Below, one piece after another: positions 35,263 to 47,949 of a stretch of DNA of 64,000 nt (positions are counted from its first letter, which is position 1; the number at the start of each line of letters is the position of its first letter). The stretch spans positions 43,648,001 through 43,712,000 of the forward strand of contig CM069146.1 of NCBI GenBank assembly GCA_035221665.1, read 5' to 3'. The notes beneath the pieces were generated by a model. The model saw only the letters and a program-made list of their open reading frames with translations, was not told the origin of the DNA and ran no database searches. This DNA is from Okamejei kenojei. Taxonomy: Eukaryota. A program made the translations under genes and the position numbers.

Positions 35263-36374
35263 ATAAATAAAAACCTTTGTGATTTTAAGTTGTGTGAAAG
35301 CAGCATGCCGAGAGAAACTTAGTTTTACCAACCGCAATGGAAGGAATGGCTATAATTTCATCTTAAGTACAATAAAGGAGATTAGCTTATTCATAATTTT
35401 GTTTTCATGAAGAAGATTTTCATTGATATGATACCATTCACAATGTTGGAAACAACTCCAATAGCTTTTGAACAATGAAGCAATTTTAGCACTGTGGTCA
35501 TTGTCGAGGAGTAGGAAGTTTAATAAGCAACAGATAGCCAGCATTGTTCATCGAAGGGGCGTTGATTGGCTTCAACAAAGAACGAGAGTTGAGGTTTCTG
35601 CCTGAAAATTAATATCTGATTCATCAGGTTTCTTTTAATGCACCAAGGTGATCTTGTGAGAAATCTCAAAAGTAGGCAAGGTGGACAAATGATTTCTGAT
35701 GTTCATGTGTGAAAATTGCATCTTTGCAATTGTTAGCCATGTTTTCAAGGAACTAAAAGGAATAGATGGGAGAGCACCTGGGAATATGCACTAGGATAAG
35801 AATATGCGATTAATGTATATTTATTTGACCCGCTCCAGGCTTCACGCAAGGTTCCAGAATTGCTTGTATTTCAACACTCAACCGGTGGTGTTCATACATT
35901 TGCACGTCACCATGTTGTCGAGTTTTGTGACTGGCGAGCAGCATTCAATCTAGCAAATTTCTATTCAGTGAACAGGTTGAATGCCATCAAGGACTTTTTT
36001 GTATTACCGTCTACAATTAATCATATTCGTGGCCATAAACAATCACTTCAGGTAGCTTTAATAAATGCATGGGTTAGGAGTTCTTCATTTAATTTAAATC
36101 ACTTTGTGCCTTAATCTGCCAAGCTAGATTTACATAAATCATTCACAACAGCCACAGTATTTATAAGACACCTTTGACAGCAAAATATGCCTCTTCGCAA
36201 GAGAGTTATCAAATAAAATGTGGCACCACGCCATGTCAGGAGTTATAAAAATGCGATTTTATATCTAGAATTTTATTATGTGGTAGCAGTTTCACAGCAA
36301 AAATTTAAGGCGCATCTTAAAGAAGGAATATGAGATACAAAGTCAGAAAGGTTTCAGTTTGCAACCTTATCAAA

Positions 36375-37874
36375 TAAATAGGAGGACTCTCTCTGACTTA
36401 TACAGGTGCACAGTAGAGAGCTTGCTGACCGGTTGCATCGTGGCTTGGTTCGGCAACTTGAGTGCCCTGGAGAGGAAAAGACTACAAAAAGTAGTAAACA
36501 CTGCCCAGTCCATCATTGGCTCTGACCTTCCTTCCATCGAGGGGATCTACCATAGTCGCTGCCTCAAAAAGGCTGGCAGCATCATCAAGGACCCACACCA
36601 CCCTGGCCACACACTCATCTCCCTGCTACCTTCGGGTAGAAGGTACAGGAGCCTGAGAACTGCAACGACCCGGTTGAGGAATAGCTACTTCCCCACAGCC
36701 ATGTAACTAGTAAAGCGTGGATAAAAACTGGACTTCCAGTATACAAACTTAAAGCATACGGTATTAGGGGTTCAGTATTGATGTGGATAGAGAACTGGCT
36801 GGCAAAAGGAAGTGAAAAAAAACGGGTCCAATATTTTTTCACAATGGCAGGCAGTAACTAGTGGGGACCGCAGGGCTCAGTGCTGGATGAGGGAATTTAT
36901 CTCCAAGTTTGGCGGATGACACTAAGCGGCAGTGTTCGCTGTGAGGAGGATGCCTGCAATGGTGACCTGGGTGAGTGGGCAAATGTTTGGCAGATGCAGT
37001 ATAATGTGGATAAATGTGAGGTTATCCACTTTGGTGGCTAAAAAGGAAAATTATTATTTAAATTTGGTTTAAAAAGAGATGCAAGCTGGGTGTCATGGTA
37101 CACCAGTCATTGAAAGACACAACAGACAAGTGAAAAAAAGCGAATGATGTTAGTTGTGTTTCATAGCAAAAGTATTTGAGTACTGAGCAGGGAGGTTCTA
37201 CTTCAGTTGTACAGGGTCTTGGTGGACCACACCTGCGTACAGTTTTGTCTCCAAAGATCAAGTATGTAGGAATTGGCTTGGGTCCTTAGGGTGTCAGGAT
37301 AGGAACTCACTCTCCTTATAGAAACTTACAAAATTCTGGACAGGCTGAGATGCAGGTAAAGATTGTTCCCGATGTTGGGGAAGTCCAGGGACAAGGGTCA
37401 CGGATGGAAATCCTTTAAGACCGAGATGAGAAAGACTTTTTTCACACAGAGAGTGGTGAGTCTCTGGAACTGCACAGAGGGGTAGTTGAGGGCCAGTTCA
37501 TTGGCTATATTTAAGAGTGAGTTGGATGTGGCCCCAGAGGGTATGGAGAGAAGGCAGGTATACTGAGTTGGATGATCAGCCATATTGAATGGCGGTGGCA
37601 CTCGAAGGGCCCACTCCTGCCCTAATTTCTATGTTTCATTTTTTTGGCCTTGCTATGATGAGGCTATTAAACCTGGCTCACTGACAAAACTCTGAACATT
37701 AATACCCCTCCATCTGTTATTTGCACTTTATTAATTTATTAATTAATGTGTGTATTTAAGTATATAATTGTAGTCAATGCCTACTATGTTCTGTTGTGCT
37801 ATGCAAAGAAAGAATGTCATTGTCCTGTCAAGGACACATGACAATAAACTCTTTTGACTCTTTTGACTTTGACT
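36375..37874 (+). mobile_element. Rex1/Babar LINE 3' end (36375-36702 and about 37657-37874) split by a CR1 insert
   Basis: LYRCTVESLLTGCIVAWFGN..KDPHHPGHTLISLLPSGRRYRSL..RLRNSYFPTA; resumes aggctattaaac; tail gacacatgacaataaac followed by (TTTGACTC)n. Confidence 0.9.
36703..37640 (+). mobile_element. CR1 RT-to-3'-end insert with many small indels
   Basis: Colinear CR1 motifs (DVTS, LKAYGIRG, WIENWL, SKFADDTK, WQMQYNVDKCEVIHFG, IETYKIL, tttctatg tail), broken by dozens of small indels. Confidence 0.9.
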
Positions 37875-38217
37875 GGAAGGAATTTGTGAAAAAAAAACAA
37901 GGATAGTTTTCTTTAATCAATATTTTGCTTCACCAATATTTCAAGCAGCTCCCAAAACACGAGTAATAGTTGACAGAAAATTAATCAAGTCAGGACGTGA
38001 TCAGCAGAAATTTGCATGACCTCAATTTTATGGAGAGTGTGAACTTGGAGCCTGACTTTATACGTTCTTTGGAATAATCAGGTCTGGTGTTAACAAAGGT
38101 GTGGATACGGATCTCGGCAGTAAGTGAGTTAAATCAGTGGTAAAGTCAGAGAGTTCCATGAATGTGCACATTCTTGACTTTAGCAATGGAATGCGGATTT
38201 CTGTAGGTACAACACTT

Positions 38218-38670
38218 AACAGAGCTTCTAGCCGCGGGTCTGCAGAGCTTCTAGCCACGGGCGCGGTATGGACTTTGAGAGCTCCGACCGCCGGACCTCG
38301 GCCTATAACATCGTGAAGCCCCGATCTCCAGTAGGATGTGGCCGATTCGGGACCTCCAAGCCGCGGAGTGTCCGTCCATCCCGAAGTCGGAGTTTCGAGC
38401 ATCCTGACGAGAGGGCCTGCACATCGGGCCATCCGTAATGGCGACTACAGAGGGTTCATGGCCCCGACCATGGATGAGCAAAGGAGGAGGACTGACAAAG
38501 TTATTGCCTTCCACCACAGTGAAGAATGTCGATTCCTCTGTGGTGGATGTTCATGTTATATTCTATTGTGTATTGTGCTCTTTTGTTCGTATGGCTGCAT
38601 GGTAAGTCAAATTCCACTGTACCTTAATTGGTGCATGTGGCAATAAATGTGAACTTGATCTTGAACTTGG
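38218..38670 (+). mobile_element. GC-rich non-autonomous retroelement 3' part with a Rex1-like tail
   Basis: CpG-rich body with agagcttctagcc repeated; 3' end cactgtaccttaattggtgcatgtggcaataaa plus (GAACTT)n; homologous to 12200-12370. Confidence 0.65.
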
Positions 38671-39714
38671 ACCCAAAACATCACCCATTCCTTCAATCCA
38701 GAGATGCTAGTCATCCCGCTGAGTTACTCCAGCATTTTGTGTCTTCTATATTATACAATTTAGTCAAGTCTAGATAAATCATATGCATAGAACGCGAGTT
38801 TTTAATGAGTGAATCTTGGCCATAGTCTAAAAAATATCAGCTCTTATGCATAAGGTGTGAATTTTTAATGATATTCCAAAGTATAATTACTGCTAAGCAA
38901 ATTAACAGGTCCAATAAAATAATCTTAAACAAAGTTCTTGGAATTTCCTAATTTTTCAGATAATAATGGATTTTATATTTAATTTTCAGCTGCTTTTTAC
39001 CATGGATATTCCAGTTTTTAATTAGTATATACAATGTTAATTTAAAATTGGTATATTATGTTTTTTTCCTGTGTGAAACTTATGGTAAGACTTGCTGCTC
39101 AGCCAGTTTGATGTGCGCAGCAGTGATTAGTACCAGATCAGTCCCTTGAACTGATACTTCATGAAAAACAATATCAGAATGGAGGAAGCGTATAACTGAT
39201 CAGTGACGAGGTAATTTGTGGAGAAAATGTCCAATTTTATTGAAAAATTATATACATTATGCTATTTATATTATAGCCCTTCAATTATTATTCGATACCA
39301 GAATGATAAATGTAGAGTTGATATTTTTACATAGCAATTCACAATGTAAATGTGACAGGAAACATTCAAATTACTAATACCAACCCAAGTTATTGATATA
39401 ATATTTTTAGATTGATTGCTACAACTAACCCATTCCTTCTCTCCAGAGATGTCATCTGTGCGGCTGAATTACTCCAGCATTTTGTGTCTATTTATTAACC
39501 ATCCAGTTTAAAGTAGTATTTCTCATAGATAAATACTATATACGCTGTTTTGAATTAATGTTAAGCTTTAGTTATTAGCAGTGAGCTATGGGAATCAAAT
39601 GGTATTAAAGAAAACAAAAATCAGATGAATTAACTACTTAGACTGTGATTTTTTTTTTTCTTCTATTTCTTTGCTCACGTGTCCACTTTATTAGTGACAT
39701 AAGCTTTTGAATAA

Positions 39715-40130
39715 GAATAAGAAATGGAAATAGGAGTGAATCATTTGGCATTTTTGCTTGCATCACCATTCAATAAGATCATCGCTAATCTTCCACCTAA
39801 GCCCCAATTTCATGCATTGATCGGTTATCTGTTGATTCCCTTAAGATCAAAAATGCTACCAATCTCTGTATGGAATAAACTAAGTAACTGAGCTCCACGG
39901 CCCATTTAGGGAATGAATTCCAAAAATTCGGCACTTTCTCGGTCAAAAATGTCTTTGAATTTTATTAGCCACCTGGTTCAAGACACTCCATCCAGGCGAA
40001 ACATCATCTCTGCATCTTCCCTGCCAAGCACTTTAAGAATTTTAATGTTTCATTTAAGTCACCTTTCATTCAGCTGAACTCATGAAACTATAGTTCTTGT
40101 CAGTGCATTCACTCCTCACAACAAATCTAC
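39715..40130 (-). mobile_element. Old CR1 3' fragment
   Basis: Diverged match to the 9383-9940 copy (ataagaaatgg..ggagt..catt..caccattcaataagatcat). Confidence 0.7.
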
Positions 40131-40869
40131 CATTTCAGGAGAAGGGTCCCGACAGCATATTGGTTAATTATACTGACCACTGGGCTAGATAGGCAAGCAC
40201 TACCCATGGTGCCCACGCCTAGTCCTCTGAGCCTACAACTGTGGAGCTGCTAGAGGGATTTGTGTGTTTAACCTGTATTCTGAATCTGGCTTTACTATGG
40301 GGCACAGTCACTCTCTTCATAAAGGCTCACATCAGAGCGGCTCTCAAAGAAAATCTTATGCTGCAGTAGTGAGTTTCTCAAATAAAGTCAATGCATTCAG
40401 GCCTTGACTATACGCATTGGGAAGCACTATGAGAGAGGACACAAACAGCTTTATTGACATATATATATATATTAGGAAAATATATATTATCCCCCTTGTA
40501 AAAGTTATAGAGATTTTACATTTATAATATAATCACCAGTAACCTACTTTTCTTTGTAGTCTTTGAACCTTGCATTATCTCTGCTGGCGTTGACTCCATC
40601 TGTCTGTTATTTGGGACTTATTCTTTCCCTAAAAGCCATTTCTCATTTACTCTAGGATCAGTTTTATTGCACTCAGCAACTCTTTGTTCCCGCTATCTCT
40701 GCTTTGCAAATGAAACACTTTCCTAATCTAATTACTGTCTTTTCCAACAAGACCTTTAAGTTACCTTCATGATGTTGGTCAAATTTCCCAATATTATTTT
40801 CCAGTATGTAATACTCTTGGGTTAATCATATTGCAAACTTGCTAAATTGTATAATCATTTTTAGAAATT

Positions 40870-41480
40870 CCTCTGTCAGAACCAGAAGTAGACCATATGA
40901 CCCCTTAACTCTGCTCTTCCATTGAAATGTGTCATGGTCTATGTGATTTGTGATTTCAACCCTACATTCCCATCTAGCTTTGGCAATCCTTCACCTCTTC
41001 ACTTTGCATGACTTTAAAAATGAGGCATCCCCCTGAGGAAGATTTCCAAAGACTCTGGGAAGAAAATAAAAGCTGCATCTTTATCTTAAATAGCTGAATA
41101 GCAAACAATGAGCTTTAGCTCTAGATTCTCCCACAAGAGGGAACAGCTTCTGAAAATCCACCCGTGAAAACACAACATGATCTCACTATCTCTTTCTAGG
41201 AAACGGCAGTGAACATAAGCTGTCCAACTTTTACGCAGAAGACAACCTGTCTATTTCAGATATGATACCAGTGAACCTTCTCTGAACTGCTATCAATGCA
41301 TTAACATCCCTCCATAATTAAAGAGACAAATACTCTACATTTCCCAGATGTGGTCTCACCAATCCACTTTTTAAATGACCTGCTTTTTGTATTGAATTCC
41401 CCTAGCAAATAAACCATTCAGTTAACTTTCCTAGTTATGGCTCTAGCTGTGTACTGAAATTGTGCATTGGGAAATCTAGA
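40870..41480 (-). mobile_element. Old CR1 3' fragment
   Basis: ctagattctcccacaagaggg, gtgaaccttctctgaactgc and ccagatgtggtctcaccaa landmarks. Confidence 0.7.
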
Positions 41481-41494
41481 TCTCTCCTCATTTT

Positions 41495-41920
41495 TGTATT
41501 GTATTGTCCATTATTTTCATGTATACCGAGATACAGTAAAAGACTTCTTGCATGCTCTCCAGTCAAATCAAATCAAATCGTGCCATACATTACAATCAAG
41601 CCATACACAAATACAACAGGTAGTGTGAAGAGAGAAATTACCAGAGTGCAAAATATAATGTTATAGCATTACAATAATAGAGAAAACTCCAGTTAAAAAT
41701 AAGTGCAAAGTTGCAATGTGGTAGGTTGGAAGAGCTGGACTACACCCCAGTTATGACTGTTCAGTAGTTTAATACTAGTGGGGAAGAAGCTGTTCCAGAA
41801 TCTGGTGGTAGGTGCTTTCAAGCTGTTGTAACTACTGCCTGACAAGAGGGAAGAGATGAGCGAATGACCAGAGTGAAAACAATCCTTCATTATGTTATCC
41901 GATTTCCCGAAACAGCATGA
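41495..41920 (-). mobile_element. Rex1/Babar 3' end
   Basis: KDCFHSGHSLISSLLSGSSYNSLKAPTTRFWNSFFPTSIKLLN plus 3'UTR. Confidence 0.85.
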
Positions 41921-43431
41921 AATATTTTTTCTCTGCTAAAATTGACAACTTCATATTTTTCCATGTAAGACTTTGCTTGCTTGATTTTTACCTCAACACA
42001 TTTACATCATTATGACCTTTCACAAATTGATTTCATGCATATCTTTGCATCAGTGGCAAATTTAACAATCTAACAATACATTTAATTAATAACTATAATA
42101 AATACAATTTGATTTAATTAATAAATTTAACAATAAAAAAAATCAACTTAACCTTCATCTATTTATATACATTTCAAAATGTTGAAGCCTACAAACAATC
42201 CCTGTGGGACACATCTTGCCAACCAGAACAAGTCCTGTTCATGCTTAATCCATTTCCTGCCAGCATACAATGTTCTGCTCTTCCCAAATGCACCTGGAGA
42301 ACAAATTGGACAGGCAATGTTTCTGGTTAGGACCCTTCAGACTGAAGAAGGGTCCCAACTTGAAACATCATCTATCTATTTCCCTCTACAAAAGCTGCCT
42401 GACCTGCTGAATTCCTCCAGCAGTTCATTTTTTTCCTCCATGATAAATACTGATGAGATATATTCGAAAACTCACCCATCTGCTGTGACTTACTCTCTTA
42501 TCTCCTTGGTTAGCCAGTATAAAATGTACTGTCTTTTTGTCATTTAATGTAATTAAAAGAAAAATTGTGAAAACACTCAGCAGGTCTACGGAATAAGAAA
42601 CAGTTGTGCCTTCAGGTTGAAAACCTTCCATTAAACCTGGAAAATGTCAGAGCTAAAACAATTTAAAAGTTCCAGGGGAAAAGAAGATGGGAGGAGAGGG
42701 GGAAAGTAAAGGCAGGTGAGTAGGTGGATGGCATGGACAATTAAATGACAAAAAGGACAGTCATACAGGGCAACAACGGAGAATAATGCGACAAGCAAAG
42801 GTAAAGCTGAAGAGGCCTCCAGGGGAAATGTGAAATCATTATGTGAAATTGCCAAATTCAGTCTCCATTTAAAACTCACAAATATCATGCTGCTACCAGT
42901 ACTAGACCTCATTTCCGACACACAAGCAGCCTCTTGCATATGTCAGTTGCATAGTCTCAAAGGGAATTGGATCTAAAGTTAAAAATGCAGAATTTAGAAG
43001 GCTTATGTTGAAAATCCAGGTGAGTGGAAGGATAAATAGGATTGGTCATATAAAACCTGACATGAGTACAAAAGGCTGAATGCTCTCTTCCTGTGCCAAA
43101 CCTTGACTTTCATGATCTGTACCACTGCGAAGACCACCTTTGTTGCTTATTTCTACTGAGCAGATCTGTTTAACGGATTGCAGTTGAATATTTCATATCA
43201 GATTGTGTAAGTCTATTGGAGTAATGTACACCCATTGTATCTTCATTGGTTTTTATAACTGGCTTTTCATCCAGTCTTACAGCAGAGAAGCAGGAGCTTT
43301 AGCCCATCGCATCTACACCATCCATCATACACTAATATATTAATCCTACACTTATCCAATTTCTATTCTCTCTTCATATTACTGCAATTCCTTCCCAATT
43401 GTAGACCACACCCACAAATAATGTGCAATTT

Positions 43432-43910
43432 AGATCAGAATAGATTAGATGCACAATACGTAAATACAACCAGGTCAAGCTCAATTACAATAGATAGAAG
43501 CAAATGGGCTACTTATAGAGTGCAGAATATATTTCTCATCATTGTAGTGTATCAGTTCCATAGAAAAAGTTCAATGTCTTCAAAGGGGGAAAGGTGAATC
43601 GAACAGGAACTTAGCTTATGGAAAGTTCATAAGCCTGAAAACGGAGGGGAAGAAGCTGTACCTGAGTTTGGTGGTGCATGCTTTCAGGATTCTGCACGTT
43701 TTGCTGAATGGCTGCAGGGAGTGAGGCAAGTCATTGATTATGTTGCCTGCCTTTCCGAGACAGCGTGAAGTGTAGATTAAGTCAAAGGTGGGAAGACTAA
43801 TCTATGTGATGGACTGGGCTACATCTACAACTCTCCGCAATTTCTTATTGTCTTGGGCACATCTGTTCCCACACCTGATGTAACCCGACAGTATGCTTTC
43901 TATTGTATTC
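43432..43910 (-). mobile_element. Rex1/Babar 3' fragment
   Basis: ESILSGYI..KKLRRVVDVAQSI..IYTSRCLGKAGNII..TTKLRYSFFPSVFRLMN-like minus-strand peptides. Confidence 0.8.
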
Positions 43911-44257
43911 TGACTATCATTACCAATTATTCACCTGGCTATGGTGGTATCATCGGTGATTTTAAAGATGGTATATTGATGATTTTGATACAATAAAGTT
44001 GAAACGATCCATTTTAGTGATGAGAAAATTCAACCTGACAAGAGGATTTTCCGCTCGTTGAGATTATGGCTTTTGATCCAGTGTACAGGATTGTCAATTC
44101 AATTCTTATAACTATAAAAAGAGAATGGTTCTAACAGGGCAGATTAAATCTGGCTGCAGAGAGCGCCTTTCAGAATCATGAAAAGGAGAGAAAATCAGTC
44201 TTCATCAGAATTCAGAGTTATTTTCTCACTTTGCCAGTTTTGTTTAAGGATATTCTG

Positions 44258-45172
44258 TTCAAGTGTTTTATTGCCATATGTACCAAAATGGAACAATTAA
44301 ATTCTTACTTTCAGCAGCAGCACCTCAGGTTTGTACCCAATAGATAATAGAATAAAGAAACAAAACAAATCATCAATAATTAAAAAGTAATAATATAGTG
44401 CAAGGCAAAAATAAAGTCCTGGGCAGTTCATTGTTTTGAGTTTAGTTGGAATTTGTTGCGTTCGATAGCCTGATGGCTGTTGTGAAGGAGATGTTTCTGA
44501 AACTGGACATTACAGGTTTCGGACTCCTATACCTTCTTCCCGATGGCAGGAGTGAAATGAGAGCCAGAGTGGTGTGGGTCCTTGATGATGCTGGCTGTCT
44601 TTTTGAGAGATCCTTTTGATGGATAGTGAGATCAGCACCCATGATGAATCGGGCAGTGTTGGCCACTTTTGTAATCTTCGTTCTTGGGTATTCGTGATGC
44701 CGAACCGGGCCATGATGCAACCAGTCAATACGCAGTCTACTGTACACCTGTTGATGTTCAAGAGGTTATCCTTCAACATCCCAAATCTCCTCAATCTTCC
44801 AAGGAAGTAGATGTGCTTTCTTTATGATTGCATCAATGTGCTGGGTCCAGGACAGATCTTCAGAGATATGCATACCCAGGAATTTAAAGTTATTGACTCT
44901 TTCCACCACTGACCCATTAATGAAGACTGGTTTTTAATCCTCAGTCTTCCTCTTCTAAAATCAATAGTCAGCTCCTTGGTTTTACTGATGCTGAGAGCGC
45001 GTTTGTCATTCTGGCACTAGATTGCAATCAGACGATCAATCTTCCTCCTATTCTCTGACTCATCAATGTCCATAATTTGTCCAACAATGGTGGTGTTGTA
45101 AGCAAATTTAAAGATGGAGTTGGAACTGTGTGTGGCTGAACAGTCATAGGTGTAGAATGAGTAGAGCAGTCC
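44258..45172 (-). mobile_element. Rex1/Babar RT C-terminal fragment and 3' end
   Basis: LFSHTQFQLHL/FAYNTTIVG region, TKELTIDFR, FKFLG, LRRFG..RCTV.CVLTGCIMARFG, LLPSGRRYRS. Confidence 0.9.
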
Positions 45173-45291
45173 ATCGATCTCTGTTCATCGATGTGGACTA
45201 ACCTGCGGAGTGTTTCCAGAACTTTTTTATTTTTATTCAGATTGCGGGCATCAGATTTCCTTTGATTTTTCAAGGTGAATTTGGAGATTCA

Positions 45292-45528
45292 AGGGCCTGT
45301 CCCACTTGGCGATTTTGTTCGGCGACTGCCGGCGCCATTTCAGGGTCGCCGAAAGATCTTGAACATTTCAAAATCGAGCGGCGAGAAAAAAAATGTTGCG
45401 ACACTTGTGGAAATAGCGCGCGTCAATACGTCACCACGCCGCGCCACACCACGACTTTTTTGAAGACCTGAAATGTCAGTCAATGATGACGGCACTCGCC
45501 GAAACAATCGCCAAGTGGGACAGACCCT
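45292..45528. mobile_element. PIF/Harbinger-type MITE, 237 bp
   Basis: 23-bp TIR AGGG(C/T)CTGTCCCACTTGGCGATT (22/23 match); 3-bp TSD TCA at 45289-45291 and 45529-45531. Confidence 0.9.
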
Positions 45529-46039
45529 TCATTCTACTGAGCTGTTCCAAACCCCATTCAGGTGCCAGCATAGCTTCTTATTGATCTTTGTGTCTGAGTA
45601 TTCAAATTGGGAAAGAGTGGCTCAAGGAATGAAGGGTGTAGTGAATGAATTATTGTATTCATTGAATGCCCTTTGCAACCAAGCCTGGAGAAGCTTTGAG
45701 AAAATTATGCAAAATTTTCCAATGATTTATACATGGGTTTCAAGGACATAAGGTCCACGCAAGCATTAAGCCAAATCAGTTTACTACAAACCTATATCAG
45801 TGCCATGTACGTTGAAATCTCAAGTGGTGGAACAGTTGGACAAGCTTCAGTCTCATGGTGTGTTAATCAAAACTGCAAAGCGAGTGGACAGCACCCATCG
45901 CTGGGTTGCGAAAAGAAAACAAAACTGTCTAACTGCAGACAACAAACAGTACATATTGCCCATGTAATAGGATCTGTACAGAGAGTGAGCAGGAGCCAAG
46001 ATCTTTGAGCATCCCCTCTTGAAGTTGGCTCCAAAAGAT

Positions 46040-46326
46040 TGGGTGGCTGTAGAGTTACTGCCTTCCAGCGCAAGAGACCCATTTTTGATGATGACTACGG
46101 GTGACGTTTGTATGGAGTTTGTACGTTCTCCTGGTGACCGTGTGGGTTTTTCCCAGGAGTTCCAGTTTCCTCTCACACTCCAAAGACGTATAGGTTTGTA
46201 GGCGAATTGGCTTTGGTAAAAATAGTAAATTGTCTTGGTATGTAGGATAGTGCTGGTATATGGGGATCGTTGGTTGGTGCAGACTCAATGGCCTGTTTCC
46301 ACGCTGTATCTCTAAACAAAACTAAA
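46040..46326 (+). mobile_element. V-SINE, near full length
   Basis: gtagagttactgcc head, ggagtttgtacgttctcc V-domain, tail ggcctgtttccacgctgtatctctaaac. Confidence 0.9.
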
Positions 46327-46589
46327 GAATGGGGCACATTGGATCCATGGATACTTGGTAGATTGGAATAAAAATGCTATAGATTTATTATTGTCACATG
46401 TACTGAGGTTCAGTGAAAAGCTTTGTTTTACATGCTATACAAACAGATCAGATACACCATACATAAATACCATCAGTTCAAACTCAAGTACAGTAGATAG
46501 AGCAAAGGGGAAAATACAGAGAATAGAATATAGTTCGATCAACGAGGAAGAAACAGGGTGCAGAATACAGTTCTCGCTCTGAATAAAAT

Positions 46590-47432
46590 TCTCTGCCTGT
46601 CCATAGAAGACAAAGGCAGTGACGGAGGGGTGATAGTCGGACTGGAGATCAGTGAACTGTGATATTCCACTGGGATCGGTGATTGGATTGATATATAATT
46701 TAGATGAAAATGTAGGAGTACTGATAAGCAGCTTTGCAGATGATACACAAATTGTGGAGTTGTGGATAGTGAGGAAGGTTGTCAAAGGATAGAACAATAT
46801 TATAGATCATTTGTAAATATGGACAAAGTAATGGCAGATGAGTTTCATCTGGACATGTAAGATGCAACACTTTGGGAGCCAAATCTAGAGGAAAGGATAC
46901 AGTAAATGGCAGAATCCTAAGGAGCATTGATATACAGAGAAATCTTGGAGTATATGTGCATAACTCCCTGAAAGTGGCAACACAAGTAGAAAGGGCTTTA
47001 AAGAAGGCATATGGCATTCTTGCCTTGATCGGTTGGAGTGTTGATGAGTGCAAAAAGTCATGTTGTAACATTTTGGTTTGGCAACATTTGGAGGAATGTG
47101 AACTTTGAATCAGTGCCTTACAAGAAGTATGTGGAGACTGTGACGAGAGTGCAAAATAGATCCACTGGGATGTTGCTTCGATTTGAGAGTATTACTTATG
47201 AGGAGTGCTTGAAAAACGGATTGATTTTTCTGGAATATCTGGAATGAGCTCTCAGGGAGGTGGTAGATGTGAAAGCAACATTTAAGAAGCTTTTAGAAGA
47301 GCACAAGAACAAGCAGGGGATGGAGGGATATTGTCTAATGCAGGCAGATGGAATTAGTTTAAATTGACATCATGGTTGGCACAAATATCACGGGCTGAAT
47401 GCCCTGTTCCTTTGTCGTACTTTTCTATGTTC
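46590..47432 (+). mobile_element. Decayed CR1 RT fragment and 3' end
   Basis: LDENV..LISSFADDTQI, WQMSF, QRNLGVYVHNSLKVATQVERALKKAYGILA. Confidence 0.9.
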
Positions 47433-47593
47433 AATTCCATGTGCTTATGCACCAATAAATGTGCTAAAACAAACTAATGATCAACATACAAAAGAGGATT
47501 CGTACCTATACCAAGCAGCCTTAAGGTGTGAAGTATTTCCCCATCATAATTTGGATCACATTGAGAAAAATAGTGAAAGGAGTTCAACATTAC

Positions 47594-47949
47594 CAGGGCT
47601 GCCAACGCTCAAGCGTGAGAATCACGCATTTGAAGAAACTCTCACACCCTCACTCTGATCAGAAATTTCTCACGCTCTGTGGTGAGAAATTCTGTGATCA
47701 TCGAAAATGTCAAAACTCAGATAAACTTCATGGTCCGCGGGTGTTGGAGAGCCGGGACTGAGGGAGGGATGGAAGCAGAACCAGCGGCGGGGGACAGATG
47801 CGGACGGAGAGCCGGGGCTGGCAAGTGTTTGCGGGGCCTGCGAGTCGCTCGCTGCAGCTCCGGCCACGGAGCAGTGCAAGAGTCCCGGGCCGATCGGAGG
47901 CGTCGGAAGCTGCCGCGAGAGTCTCTGTGCCGATGGGGCAGAGACTCTC
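47594..47949 (+). mobile_element. DNA-transposon-like (hAT-like) left end, copy A, carrying a degenerate 5' part of the TDP2-like exon
   Basis: Starts CAGGGCTGCCAAC; (T)CTCACGC/GCGTGAGA subterminal repeats; colinear with 49673-49980; no matching right end seen. Confidence 0.6.
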
